The notes: generated by a model from the letters alone, not told the origin. DNA of 64,000 nt from an uncultured delta proteobacterium (GCA_963696385.1 CAVOKF010000004.1:480001-544000), one strand, 5' to 3'; shown: positions 38,593 to 48,907, counted from the first letter of the stretch. Numbers and translations are program-made.

Positions 38593-38924
38593 CACGACAC
38601 CTCGCCGACGCTGCCGGTCCCGCCGCGGTTGCCGCCGCCCCTGCCTGAGGCGCCGTCTAGTGGGCGAGCGGCGTCCCCGTCCCGGGAGGCGTCACCGATA
38701 GGCGGGTATGCGGCGTCGGCCTCCCCGTCTAGGTCGACGAGCGTGCTGTCCGCCTCGACGTCGGCCCCGACGAGGAAGTGATCCGGCGCCGCGTCGTAGT
38801 CGATGGGCGGTGCCTCGGCGTCTTCGCTGACGCAAGACGCCGGAACGAAGGCGGCGGTGGCGCCGAGGATGGCGCCTACGGACGCGTCGCGGACCCGCGA
38901 CCGCCCCTTGGGGGGTGAAGCCAT
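38592..38924 (-). CDS. Small acidic lipoprotein-like protein (110 aa), first gene of the GT/rSAM operon
   Basis: GAGGA RBS. Basic N-terminus, hydrophobic stretch and PASC, then an Asp/Ala-rich tail. The stop overlaps the GT start. Confidence 0.65.
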   Translation of the reverse strand: MASPPKGRSRVRDASVGAILGATAAFVPASCVSEDAEAPPIDYDAAPDHFLVGADVEADSTLVDLDGEADAAYPPIGDASRDGDAARPLDGASGRGGGNRGGTGSVGEVS

Positions 38925-39121
38925 GATTTCCTCGTGCGCGAGTCGCGAGGCTATGGCGTCCCCGCGAGCCACGCAACGGAAGAGCGGCCGGCGCGCCATC
39001 CTTTCGCCGCCAGCGGAGCCGCGCCAGCCACTAATTCGCTTGACGTAGCGATGCAGCCCGTTCCAAATCGCCGGCTGCGGGGCATGGCTCACGGCCGTCT
39101 TGCCTAGTTTCGGAGGTCTCG

Positions 39122-40666
39122 ATGGGTCGCCGTGCCGTCGTCGGAATCTGCGCGCTGGGGAGTGCACTCGCGGTGGAGGGCAGCGCTCTCGCGCAGTCGG
39201 TTCCTGCAGCATGCGACGCCGTGCAAGAACATCGTCGCGACACGGTTATCGTCTTCCAGCCGCCGTCGTCGTTCACGATATGCCGCGACGGCTCCATCGA
39301 AACGGGCGTCGGCACCGATCGTAGCGTCTATCTCCAGCTCTCGCCCAACGCGGCGGCGCCGCGCATGTTCGATTTCCGCGTTCGCAAGAACGCCGGCGAG
39401 TGGACTCCCCTCGGACTCCGGGGGTGGGAGACGCGGGCTTCCGAGATCACGGGCAAGCTGCGTGAACTCGATCATTCGGGCGAGCCGATCGCGGATGTCG
39501 TCGTCCCTGTCGACATACCTCCACCGACGCCTTTGGGCACGCTGGCCACGGCCCGGACGCGGTATCTCGCCGACGTCACTCCGCGCTACCTCGAGGCGCT
39601 GCACGCCGTCCGCAGCGAGGCGCGCGAGCTCCCGGTGCTGGCGGGCATCGCGCGGCGGTGGTGCGGAGCGCTCGCGGCGCAGCCTCCGGGCGTCCTCCCG
39701 GCCGAGGTGGAGGTTCGCGCCATGTGCTCCGCGCCAGATCTGCGCGAGGGTGCCATCGAGAAGGCCGTCTGGGATTTCGAATCGGCCGCGGTGAAGGAAA
39801 GTACCGAGAGTTCGCATGCTCGCGACGCGACCCTGGCGGCTGTGGCGCATCCGGAGGATGGCAAGGCTGTGAACGACGCCGTGCGCGCGCTTGAAGACGC
39901 GCGCGGGGCCGCCGAAGCTGTGGTCTCCGCGGGCCACGCGCTGCGCGAATCGAGCGCCGCTCTGGCGCGCGATGTGGCCCTGTTGCGCGCCACGGTCCGT
40001 TCCATCGACGCCCTTCGACCGAACATCCCCGTCTATCTCGCGATGTACTCGACGGCGGGCAACGCCGAGCTGGAGATCGAGGCGACGCCGAGCGACGTCG
40101 CCGGAACGGACTCCGACGCCGCTCACTCGAGCAAGGGGAACGTGACGGGGCGCTTCCCGATCTACGGGCGGCATTATCTCGACATTGAGGTTGGTCTCGG
40201 CTGGACGGCGGGAGTGCCCGATTCGCCGTACGTCCAGACGATTCAGGGCAACCAGGTCATCCAGACCAAGCCGGTGGACGAGTTCGTCGGCTTTGCGCTC
40301 GTCGAGCTCGAGCCGCTCCGGTTCGCTTGGCCGGAGCGCCCCCTCGCGGGCCTCCTGCGGATGCCGGTCATCGCCATTCCGTTTACGCGCGACCCGACGT
40401 CCAATTTCTTCGTCGGAGGGGGTCTCGGCTGGACTGGCGTCGGGTCGGTGACGGCCGGCCCGTACTTTTACCGAGAGACGACGCTGCGGCAGGGGTTCTA
40501 CGACAATGAGACGCTACCGAGTGGCGTCCCGTTCGGTGCCGTCACCGTGCCGGGCCTGCACGTTGGATACTTCCTGTCCGCCAGCGTCAATCTCGTCGGC
40601 CTCTATCATCTCATTGTTCCGTCGCGCGCTCCGACGATCGACGGGTTGACGGGGAAGCCAAAGTGA
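39122..40666 (+). CDS. Hypothetical secreted/outer-membrane protein
   Basis: Signal peptide ending ALA-Q, helical middle and beta-rich aromatic C-terminal region. 514 aa with coding-like GC3. Confidence 0.75.
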   Translation: MGRRAVVGICALGSALAVEGSALAQSVPAACDAVQEHRRDTVIVFQPPSSFTICRDGSIETGVGTDRSVYLQLSPNAAAPRMFDFRVRKNAGEWTPLGLRGWETRASEITGKLRELDHSGEPIADVVVPVDIPPPTPLGTLATARTRYLADVTPRYLEALHAVRSEARELPVLAGIARRWCGALAAQPPGVLPAEVEVRAMCSAPDLREGAIEKAVWDFESAAVKESTESSHARDATLAAVAHPEDGKAVNDAVRALEDARGAAEAVVSAGHALRESSAALARDVALLRATVRSIDALRPNIPVYLAMYSTAGNAELEIEATPSDVAGTDSDAAHSSKGNVTGRFPIYGRHYLDIEVGLGWTAGVPDSPYVQTIQGNQVIQTKPVDEFVGFALVELEPLRFAWPERPLAGLLRMPVIAIPFTRDPTSNFFVGGGLGWTGVGSVTAGPYFYRETTLRQGFYDNETLPSGVPFGAVTVPGLHVGYFLSASVNLVGLYHLIVPSRAPTIDGLTGKPK

Positions 40667-40827
40667 CGGGGTGGCTCCCATCTGGATTTCGCATGCCGCG
40701 GGCGGAGCACCGGTCGGGCAGAGCGAATGCGAAGCTTCCCGCGAGCCCAACCGCAATCTCGTTGCCTTGAAGCTGAGCCTCAAGCTCGGATCGCTCATCG
40801 TCGCTAAGCTCGGCACGTCGATGCCCT

Positions 40828-42069
40828 TCACGGAGAAAGCGCTGCCGAGATGAACCGCCCCGGTAGCAGCGATGCGCCAAAGATCGACTGCGCTTCGAGC
40901 CAGTAGAAGCCCGTCGCCGCAACCACAGCGCCGGGGTCGCCCGTGAGGCGGGCCATAACCACAAAGGGAATCAAGAAGAGCGCATGCCACGGCATCGTCT
41001 GGGGAGTCATCGCGAGCATGAAACATTGCCAGACCATGGTCAGCACCAAGAGCCAGTGCCGGGCACTCGCGACATAGGCGACGATGAACACCAGAGGGAC
41101 CGCAAAGTCCCAGGTGCTCTGTCCCCGAAAGGTGAGCTGTTTGTAGAGAATGACGTTCGTTTCGGGGAATCCGCGCAACAAGGGGTAAAGGAGAAAAAAC
41201 GGGTACGCCGCCAGCCCGACCATGGCCGCCGAGAGGGCGATCTTCTTGGCGAAGCAGACGCGATCGCCGGCCGAGTCCCGGCCCTTCCAGACCTGGAAGA
41301 GGGCGACTGCGAAGAGAGGTGCGTACCAAAGCGCCCGATAGTGGAGAAAGACCCCCGCGCTTAACGCCAATAGGGCATCCGCCCCTCGTTCGCGCGAGAG
41401 ATAGTAGACGCCAAGCGAGACCGCGGCAATCGCGATGGGGTCATACATACCCGAAAGGCTCCACCCGATGATCTGGCAGTAAAGCAATGCGAACAACCCC
41501 GCGAGCAGCCAAGCGTAGACGGCGGGTGTGCGCGCCGACCTCTCAAACAGCGCGCGGAACAGCAGCCACAGCAGAAAGTGTGCGCCGCAGAGGTACTTGA
41601 GTCGGGTAAAGACGCTGATAAATCGCAGGCTTGCGTTCGTGTGGGCGAACAGCCACGCCTCGGGCGCGGAGTAGAGAAGCGAACCAGGCGGATAAGGTTG
41701 AGGATAGTCCTGCCAGTTGACAAAGAATGGCCGCCTGCCTTTGGCGCCCGTTGCTTCGCAGATGTCGCAATCGGGGACGTTACTTGCTTTGGCGTAGGCA
41801 TGGGCCTCCGGCGTATCTCTCGCGTGACAAAAGCTCTTGCTCGGCCTCTTGTAGACGTCGAAACCGTAACGGGCGAAGAGCAGTACGTGCCCAAAGTGAG
41901 ACACGCTATCGCCGTTGCCCAAAATTAGGTCCCCGGGCCGGTACACGTGCAGCACAACGAGCGCACAGAGCAACCAGGAGAGTGCGAAGGCGACGATCTC
42001 TTGCCGGACGAGGGGCATGTGGCCTTGTCCTGGCCTTGCCCCGTCTCGTTTCGTGTTCGCCGATGTCAT
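40828..42069 (-). CDS. Polytopic membrane protein, possibly GT-C fold (GT87/DUF2029-like)
   Basis: About 10 TM segments and a large first loop containing D...Y and QPYPPG. Confidence 0.6.
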   Translation of the reverse strand: MTSANTKRDGARPGQGHMPLVRQEIVAFALSWLLCALVVLHVYRPGDLILGNGDSVSHFGHVLLFARYGFDVYKRPSKSFCHARDTPEAHAYAKASNVPDCDICEATGAKGRRPFFVNWQDYPQPYPPGSLLYSAPEAWLFAHTNASLRFISVFTRLKYLCGAHFLLWLLFRALFERSARTPAVYAWLLAGLFALLYCQIIGWSLSGMYDPIAIAAVSLGVYYLSRERGADALLALSAGVFLHYRALWYAPLFAVALFQVWKGRDSAGDRVCFAKKIALSAAMVGLAAYPFFLLYPLLRGFPETNVILYKQLTFRGQSTWDFAVPLVFIVAYVASARHWLLVLTMVWQCFMLAMTPQTMPWHALFLIPFVVMARLTGDPGAVVAATGFYWLEAQSIFGASLLPGRFISAALSP

Positions 42070-42372
42070 GGCCACGCAGTGAGAAATCCGCGCGACGATC
42101 TAAACTGCTGTGAAGTGACCTCGTCAAGCGGCGCCAGGGCTTGATGGTGATGTCTTCGGATCAGAGCTTTCCTCGAGAACTGGCGCACGGTCGGGTACTC
42201 GGGATCGATCTCGCCTCCTCACCTGAAGGCGTGCGGTCTTGAGCTTTCCGACAGCTGGGGCCATCGGGACCAGCGGGCGCTGCATTCGGAAGACGGATGG
42301 CTGACGCCGCACGTGGCCGTGGCGCATGCCCGGGTGGGGTCGAAGCGAACGCAACCGGGCGCCGGTCCCGAC

Positions 42373-43170
42373 TCAGCTGGCCAGGGCCATCTCACCGACC
42401 TGCTTCTTTCCCTTCAATGACCGTGCCGCGAGGCCGGCAACCATGGCGAGAACCAGGACACGTAGGATGCGCAGGCGCACCTCAGTCTCGGGGGCGCGAC
42501 TGATGTTGTCGAGATGCCCGCCGGCGTGGATCGCGATGGCGACGGCGATGCTTCGGCTTCCTCGCTCGAACATCCAGGCCATCGGCACCGACCACAAGGC
42601 GAGGTCGAGTATGTAAACGAGGATCGTCGTCGCCGGCAGCGCGCGAAGTGGATCCGGCGCGAAGAGCATTCCCAGATGCCATAGGCCCCAGACGGTGCCC
42701 AGGATGAGCGAGCCGACCACGGGACCGTGGCGCTGCGCCAAGCGGGGATACGCGAAGCCGCGCCAGCCGAACTCCTCTCCCAAGGAGAACATGACCAACG
42801 CGGCGAAGTGTTCGGGCCTGACCGGCGGGTAGAACCAGTGCGCCGGGTGGCCCCCGAGGGCGACCTCGACTCCGGTCGCCGGGAACTGCACCGCCATGGG
42901 TAGCAAGAGCCCAAGGACAATCCAGATCGGTTGGGTCCGCCACCTGCCGAAAGCATCGCGTAGCTCACGTCGACGCGCAGCCAGGAGGAACGCGGCGAGC
43001 GTAGGCCCCAGTGCACCCAGTCCCACCATGGGCATCGCGTACGAGGGCGGTGCGGCCTTCGTGGCCCACGCCAACGCCAGGGGCAGGTCGAGCGCCCAGG
43101 TGATCCCGCATGCCAGCCCGAAGAAGGTGTAAACGTCGTTTTGCCCCGGCGACACGCGGTCGTCGATCAT
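42373..43170 (-). CDS. CPBP (CAAX/Abi) intramembrane glutamic endopeptidase
   Basis: GEEFGWRG, WGLWH and distal H motifs. Confidence 0.92.
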   Translation of the reverse strand: MIDDRVSPGQNDVYTFFGLACGITWALDLPLALAWATKAAPPSYAMPMVGLGALGPTLAAFLLAARRRELRDAFGRWRTQPIWIVLGLLLPMAVQFPATGVEVALGGHPAHWFYPPVRPEHFAALVMFSLGEEFGWRGFAYPRLAQRHGPVVGSLILGTVWGLWHLGMLFAPDPLRALPATTILVYILDLALWSVPMAWMFERGSRSIAVAIAIHAGGHLDNISRAPETEVRLRILRVLVLAMVAGLAARSLKGKKQVGEMALAS

Positions 43171-43285
43171 GGCCCGACAGACAGCCGAGCCACTGCGAGA
43201 GTTCCCTTCGGTTTTCGGGTTTCGTGGGAAAGCGTAACCGCCTAAGCGTCGCGTCCTTGACCCACCGCCGGCGAGCCTTTACTTT

Positions 43286-43423
43286 GGGGCTCGGGCTCTC
43301 CCGAGTCCTGCTCACCCCGAGCCGCCCGGCACGGCAAACGACGAGAGCGAAGAGGGCTTGGCCCTTCGGGTTCGGTTCGACCCATCCCTCCATTTATTTG
43401 CTTCGCGCCGGGGCGGAGTTTTG
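43286..43423 (+). ncRNA. Candidate structured cis-regulatory leader RNA
   Basis: Hairpin 43287-43308. Outer stem 43322-43330/43407-43416 encloses GCAAA/TTTGC and two inner hairpins, followed by TTTT and a GAGGAG RBS. Confidence 0.35.
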
Positions 43424-43439
43424 ATCATCGAGGAGAGCC

Positions 43440-43745
43440 ATGGCGAATCGACATGCCCACAAGAAGTTGCGCGCCGAGGTTCGGGCCAGGATGGCGGCGA
43501 CGGCTGAAAGCTACCAGCAGGCGCACGCCCGCGTCGCGACGCGCCGGGTCTCGGCAACCGGCCCGCAAACCGATCTGGTGCCCGTGTCCTACTACGGAAT
43601 TCCGCTCGCACTTGCCACGATCGAGATGCACGGCATGTCGATCGCCGTGCTGGTGCCGTCGTCCAGATGGTGGCGCCATGGCGACCCCGCTCAGTCTCCG
43701 GTGCCCTTGATGCGTGCTGCGATGCGGTCGCCGGGCGCAGCATGA
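43440..43745 (+). CDS. Small hypothetical protein (RARMAxTxESYQQA motif)
   Basis: Good RBS. ATGA overlap with the methyltransferase gene. Confidence 0.65.
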   Translation: MANRHAHKKLRAEVRARMAATAESYQQAHARVATRRVSATGPQTDLVPVSYYGIPLALATIEMHGMSIAVLVPSSRWWRHGDPAQSPVPLMRAAMRSPGAA

Positions 43746-44638
43746 GCGCGCCTGCGACGCGGCTCATGGACGACGTCTCGGACACTGCGCGGTGGGTGGC
43801 CTTCCATCGAGCCTTGGAATCCGAGCGCCCTGACGCCTTGTTCATCGATCCCTTCGCACGACGATTGGCCGGGGAGCGCGGGCGGAGGATCGCCGAAGAG
43901 ATGCCGACGGTCGCGGGGCAGCCGGGACCACGCGGGCTCGCCTCGGGGCTCGCAGTGCGCACCAAGGCCTTCGACGAGATGATCCTCGACTGCGTTGAGA
44001 GCATTGGCGCCGATGCCGTGCTGAACCTCGCCGCTGGTCTCGATGTTCGCCCCTACCGCCTGTCGCTTTCCTCCTCGCTGGTCTGGATCGAAGCCGATCG
44101 TGCGGCGATCCTCGACGAAAAGACGGAGGTGCTCGCGCGCGCGAAGCCCGCCTGCATCGTCGAGCGAGTTGCGGTGGATCTTGCTGACGACCGGGCCAGA
44201 GAAAGCCTTTTCGACCGCGTCGCCGGTGCCTACACGCGGGTCGTGGTGGTAACCGAAGGTCTCCTCGTGTACCTCGATGCGGTACGCGTTGCCTCCCTGG
44301 CAGACGGGCTTCGTGGGCGAACGCCGATGCGTCGGTGGGTCCTGGAAAGCTGCGCCCCCGAGTTCCTCAAGCGGAACATGCGAGCCTGGGGCAAGGTCCT
44401 GGCCCAGGCGAACGCCGAATGGAAGTTCGCGCCCCCGAACGGGTTCGACTTCTTCCGCCCGCGTGGGTGGTCACCGATCCTCAGGCGCCCGTTCTTCGCG
44501 GAGGCCCGTCGCTTCGGCCGGGAGCGTGAGGTGCCTCATGCGTGGCTGCTGCGCGCGCTCTCGTCCTTTTCGGGGCGGTTCCGCCGAAGGATGGAGAACC
44601 TGGTCGTCTACGGTGTCATGGAACCAAGTGCTCAGTGA
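43742..44638 (+). CDS. SAM-dependent methyltransferase (LCM/TIGR00027-like)
   Basis: DVSDTARWVA..RA.E..RPDALF.DPFA, LNLAAGLD.RPYR and TEGLLVYL. Confidence 0.92.
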   Translation: MSAPATRLMDDVSDTARWVAFHRALESERPDALFIDPFARRLAGERGRRIAEEMPTVAGQPGPRGLASGLAVRTKAFDEMILDCVESIGADAVLNLAAGLDVRPYRLSLSSSLVWIEADRAAILDEKTEVLARAKPACIVERVAVDLADDRARESLFDRVAGAYTRVVVVTEGLLVYLDAVRVASLADGLRGRTPMRRWVLESCAPEFLKRNMRAWGKVLAQANAEWKFAPPNGFDFFRPRGWSPILRRPFFAEARRFGREREVPHAWLLRALSSFSGRFRRRMENLVVYGVMEPSAQ

Positions 44639-44824
44639 GTTCACCGACCTCGCTCCGCGGTTGCCGGAGACGCGCAGAAGATGGATCCGAAAGGGTCCTC
44701 GGCCGACGCGCTCCGCGACGCTCGCCAGCATGAATCCGACGCCCGCCGCCACCCTCTCGACACCCGGGACGGTGGTGAAGGGTGTCGGCCCGGCTCCGGG
44801 GCCGTGCAAGAACAAGAGGGCCAA

Positions 44825-45571
44825 GTGACGGCCCCGGCTTCTCTGTGGCCTGGTTCCGGAGTGGTCGTTTTGCTGCTTCTCGCATGGCCGCGGGACGCGT
44901 GCGCTTACCGACCCTTCGATGGCACGGACGCCGACGTGGCCGAACTTCATGAGGGGGAGTTCGAAATGCAGACGGTGGGCTACTACCGGGCTGGCGGCGC
45001 AACCTACTTCGACCCGGGGGGCGTGCTCAACTACGGCCTGATTCGGCGCGTGGAGCTCGTGCTTCAAGGGTTCGCCTTCGTCCCGTTCGATACCCAGTCG
45101 GGGCCGGCCAAGTTCACTGAGACGGGCCTCTTCGCGAAGGTCGTCTGGCGGGAGGGTTGTCTCCAGAGCAAGGACGGGCCCAGCCTCGCCACCGAGACCG
45201 GACCGCTCTTGCCGACGATCCACGATACGAAGGGCTTCGGCGCCTACTTGGGCGGTATCGTCTCGACGTGTTTCGGCGACGCTCTCATCGCCCACTGGAA
45301 CACGGAGGTCCAGATCCTGCCGCAGACCTTCAACCTGGATCTTTTCGGCGGGGTGATCCTCGAGCCACCGCCTTCGAAGTACGTCGTTCGACCCGTCGCG
45401 GAGTTCTTCGTCGAGCACGACTTCGGGGGAGTGCAGACGTACTCGGCGCTCGTCGGCGGCATCTGGCGCGCCACCGAAAAACTCGCCATGGATGTCGCGG
45501 TTCGCGAGGCCCTCGTCTCCGGACGGAACGTCAGCGAGGCGCGCGCCGGCTTTTCGCTGGCGATCCCCTAG
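44825..45571 (+). CDS. Hypothetical exported, probably outer-membrane beta-barrel protein
   Basis: Signal peptide ACA-YRPFDGTDA, alternating beta strands and terminal RAGFSLAIP. Confidence 0.7.
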   Translation: MTAPASLWPGSGVVVLLLLAWPRDACAYRPFDGTDADVAELHEGEFEMQTVGYYRAGGATYFDPGGVLNYGLIRRVELVLQGFAFVPFDTQSGPAKFTETGLFAKVVWREGCLQSKDGPSLATETGPLLPTIHDTKGFGAYLGGIVSTCFGDALIAHWNTEVQILPQTFNLDLFGGVILEPPPSKYVVRPVAEFFVEHDFGGVQTYSALVGGIWRATEKLAMDVAVREALVSGRNVSEARAGFSLAIP

Positions 45572-45847
45572 GGTCGCGCGACGGGGACTTCGGCGGGCTT
45601 TCCTTCGGCCGTGGTCGGGTCTGCGCGGCCAGCGCCCGCGTTGGGAACGCTCGCGCAAGCCCCGACGAAGACGACGAGCCTTGCGAGAAGGCAACGCGCA
45701 CGCCCGTTCATTCGCGTGAGCAGTCGCGAGGCGTGTGTTTCGGCGTGGGCCGCTCGGCTTGGGCTCGTTCGCCGGTTCGACCCGTTGAATCTGAACGCGC
45801 TTGACGACAACGGGAGAACGGCCGCGTTGACGTATCAGCCGTCGGCC

Positions 45848-45988
45848 TTCGAACTTCAAGAGTCCGTGGCTCCACGATCCAATCGCGGCGCGCACCGCGT
45901 CGTACCCGGCAGCGGCCATCTGATCGTTGCGGACCGCCCTGATGTTGTGGCGGCCGCCATCCTGGAGCTGGTCGACGACGCGCAATGA
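45848..45988 (+). pseudogene. C-terminal remnant of an alpha/beta hydrolase
   Basis: S.RG.HRVVPGSGHLI..DRPDVVAAAILELV is the catalytic-His tail. No upstream domain. Confidence 0.6.
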
Positions 45989-46921
45989 CATGGGCTGAGC
46001 GGACTCGCGCGAGCGCCGAGGACTCGCGAGGACCTGGCCCGAACACCGGCGCAATCGTCACGAAAAGCCGAGATGACGGCTGTCGCCCTCCACCGCAACC
46101 CCTTCCATGGCCAGTGCGAATTCGAGTTGCAGTCACGCTGAAGTCGGCCACCAGTAACGGAACAATCTCGATCGGCCGCTCAGCCGCCAGGCGGCACGCG
46201 ATTTCTGAAGCCTCGTCAGAAGTGCTTGGAGCGCGCACGTTTTCTATCCGAGGTCCGACGCGTGGCTCGTGAGTCGGTGTATCGTCGATGCAGCACGCAG
46301 CACTTCGCGAGGATGTCGAGGCTGGCTGCGTGGCAGGATAGGGCATTCAATGACGGCTCTTGTCGGCCCGTCGATGTCTATATAGAGATATTTCGCGCTG
46401 CATCTCGTGGCCGAGCTCGGCGATGGCGATCTTCTTTTTGCGCCCGTTGGTTCGTGGTCGTCCGGTCGTGCTTGCAACCGGGCTGCGTTGCGACCCGCAG
46501 CATCCCGCATCGCGGCCGGCGCGGATCCCAGTCACGCGGGCACTGCCCGACGCGATCGGTTTCTTCCGCGTCTATGCCGATCGGTTGCGACGCAAGAAAC
46601 CAAAAAGGCGCGTGCAAGGCGACCTGGGCGTAACTTTGCGTCCGCAATGGAAATAGCCAACGTTTCTCGAGTCCTCCGAAAAAAAAACGAACGTTTGGTC
46701 GATTTCGTGACCTTCATTTTCAAGACCCTCGCCCTTATTGCTTACGAGGTGGCTTCGTACGACACGGTGACTCGAGAAGGCACGGCAATGAAGAGCGGTC
46801 CTCTCGTCAGAACAACGCGCTCGGACAGTTTTGATCGCATCAACAATTGCGGCGGGATGGGATGCCCAGAGGCTGCGCACGATGCAAAACGGCGCAGGCT
46901 CCGTCATCGGAGGAATTTTCC

Positions 46922-48907
46922 ATGAGGAAGAACAAAGACGTTATCGGGCTTCTCACTAGGTGGGGGACCGTCGCATTGGTCGCCTCGTCGGCTGGCATGG
47001 GCATAGCCGCCTGCACCGGCTCAATCGGAGGGGGCAACCAGGGCTTGGGCTCCGGGAACGGTGGCCCGGCCACGGGCGGAACTAGCGCAAACAACGGAAC
47101 CACCGGCGCCGGAAACGGAAGCCCGACCAGCAACGGCGATCAACCAGGTACGACTGGCGCGGGTTCGACCGCGAGCACGAGCACTTCGGGAACGGCCACC
47201 CTCGGCAATGTGCCCGCCGGCGGCCTCGACACGGCCGGCGTGGTGATGCGGCGCCTCAACGACCACGAGTACGACAACACCGTACGCGACCTGCTCGGTA
47301 CGACGCAGACGCTGGCCGCGACCACGTTCCCGGGCGACAGCGCGGACGACGGCTTCGACACGGTGGGTGACGCGCTGAGCTACTCGCCCATACTCTTCCA
47401 AAAGGAATTTGCGGCTGCCACGACACTCGTCACCGAGCTCATGGCGCGGGCGCCGACCGACCCCCTCTTTACGGCGGTATTTCCGAGCGGGATCCCAACG
47501 TCGGCGAACTTCAGCTCGGCTCTGACGACCGTCTTGACCAGTTTCATGCCAAAGGCTTGGCGGCGTCCGGTTACAGCGGCCGAGATCGCCACGGCGGTGG
47601 CCGTGGGCGAAGCGGTCTTGCAGCTCGCGGAAGACGCGGGCGCCGGTACCGCGGCGGACGGGGGCGCTGGGCCCGACCCCGCACAAGCTGGCGTCAGCGA
47701 TGCCCTCCAGTACGTGCTCGACTCTCCGAACTTCCTCTTCCACGTCGAACTCGGAAGCCCGGCCATCACCCCCTCGTCGACGGCGTTGGTCAACCTCAGC
47801 GACTACGAGGTCGCTAGCCGGCTCTCGTATTACCTCTGGGAAAGCATGCCGGACAGCACGCTGACGGCGCAGGCGGCCGCTGGAACGCTCGCCGCCAGCG
47901 GCACGCCAGGCTCTGGCACGCCTGGCTCGGCTGTCGCGGCTCAGGTGACCCGCATGATCGCGGACCCGAAGTTCACGACAGGCTTCATCGCTGACTTCGT
48001 CGGCCAATGGCTGGGCGTAAACACGATCTCCGCGAACGTGGACCCCGACCCGACGATATTCCCCGCTACCGCAGTCAACGGAGCCCTGGACACAACGTGG
48101 CTCAACTCGATCGGGCCCGAGACCGACGCATTCCTCGCCAACCTGATTTCGACCAACGCGCCCCTCACCGAGCTCTTGACGGCCGATTACACCTTCGTCA
48201 ACGGCCGCCTCGCGCAATTCTATGGGCTGAGTGGAGTCCCTGCGACGCAGACGACCTTTACCAAGGTGAGTCTGGCCGGCACCGAACGGCAAGCGGGCAT
48301 TCTCACGCAGGAGACCTTCCTCACGACCACGTCGTTCCCGAACCGAACCTCTCCGGTTTTGCGCGGAGTCTACGTCATGACACAACTGGTCGGCACCTCG
48401 CCGGGCACCCCGCCCGCCAACGTGCCCGCGTTCGTTGTGCCCGATGCTGGATCGGGTGAGACGGTCCGCGAGTCTCTCGATCAGCACGCAAACAACCCCG
48501 CATGCTCCTCGTGCCACAACGTGATCGATCCCATCGGCTATACCTTCGAAAACTTCGACGCCACGGGCGCGTATCGAACCACGGACAATGGGTCGCCCAT
48601 TGATGCGACCGGCACCCTGGACGGGCAGACCATCAATGCCACCACGGGGCAGGTGACTTACAACGGGGCGTCGGTCAACGGGGCCGCCGCCATGGCCGCG
48701 GCCATCGTCGCGGATCCACGCTTTCCCCAGAACATTGTCAAGCAACTGCTGACCTACGGCGTCGGTCGAACCTTCGACACGGCTGCCGCACTCGGATATG
48801 TCGAGACTGTCGCTGTGCCGCTCGCCAAGAGCGGAACGTGGCAGGCCGCGCTGCAAACGGTCGCAACGAGTCAAGCCTTCATGACCACTCGGGGTGGCTC
48901 CCAGTGA
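46922..48907 (+). CDS. DUF1587/1595/1592/1588/1585 multi-domain lipoprotein with a CxxCH motif
   Basis: RRLNDHEYDNTVRDL, AWRRP, SPNFLF..E, ASRLSY.LW.SMPD, RTSPVLRG and CSSCH..IDPIG..FENFD. Lipobox IAAC. Confidence 0.92.
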   Translation: MRKNKDVIGLLTRWGTVALVASSAGMGIAACTGSIGGGNQGLGSGNGGPATGGTSANNGTTGAGNGSPTSNGDQPGTTGAGSTASTSTSGTATLGNVPAGGLDTAGVVMRRLNDHEYDNTVRDLLGTTQTLAATTFPGDSADDGFDTVGDALSYSPILFQKEFAAATTLVTELMARAPTDPLFTAVFPSGIPTSANFSSALTTVLTSFMPKAWRRPVTAAEIATAVAVGEAVLQLAEDAGAGTAADGGAGPDPAQAGVSDALQYVLDSPNFLFHVELGSPAITPSSTALVNLSDYEVASRLSYYLWESMPDSTLTAQAAAGTLAASGTPGSGTPGSAVAAQVTRMIADPKFTTGFIADFVGQWLGVNTISANVDPDPTIFPATAVNGALDTTWLNSIGPETDAFLANLISTNAPLTELLTADYTFVNGRLAQFYGLSGVPATQTTFTKVSLAGTERQAGILTQETFLTTTSFPNRTSPVLRGVYVMTQLVGTSPGTPPANVPAFVVPDAGSGETVRESLDQHANNPACSSCHNVIDPIGYTFENFDATGAYRTTDNGSPIDATGTLDGQTINATTGQVTYNGASVNGAAAMAAAIVADPRFPQNIVKQLLTYGVGRTFDTAAALGYVETVAVPLAKSGTWQAALQTVATSQAFMTTRGGSQ

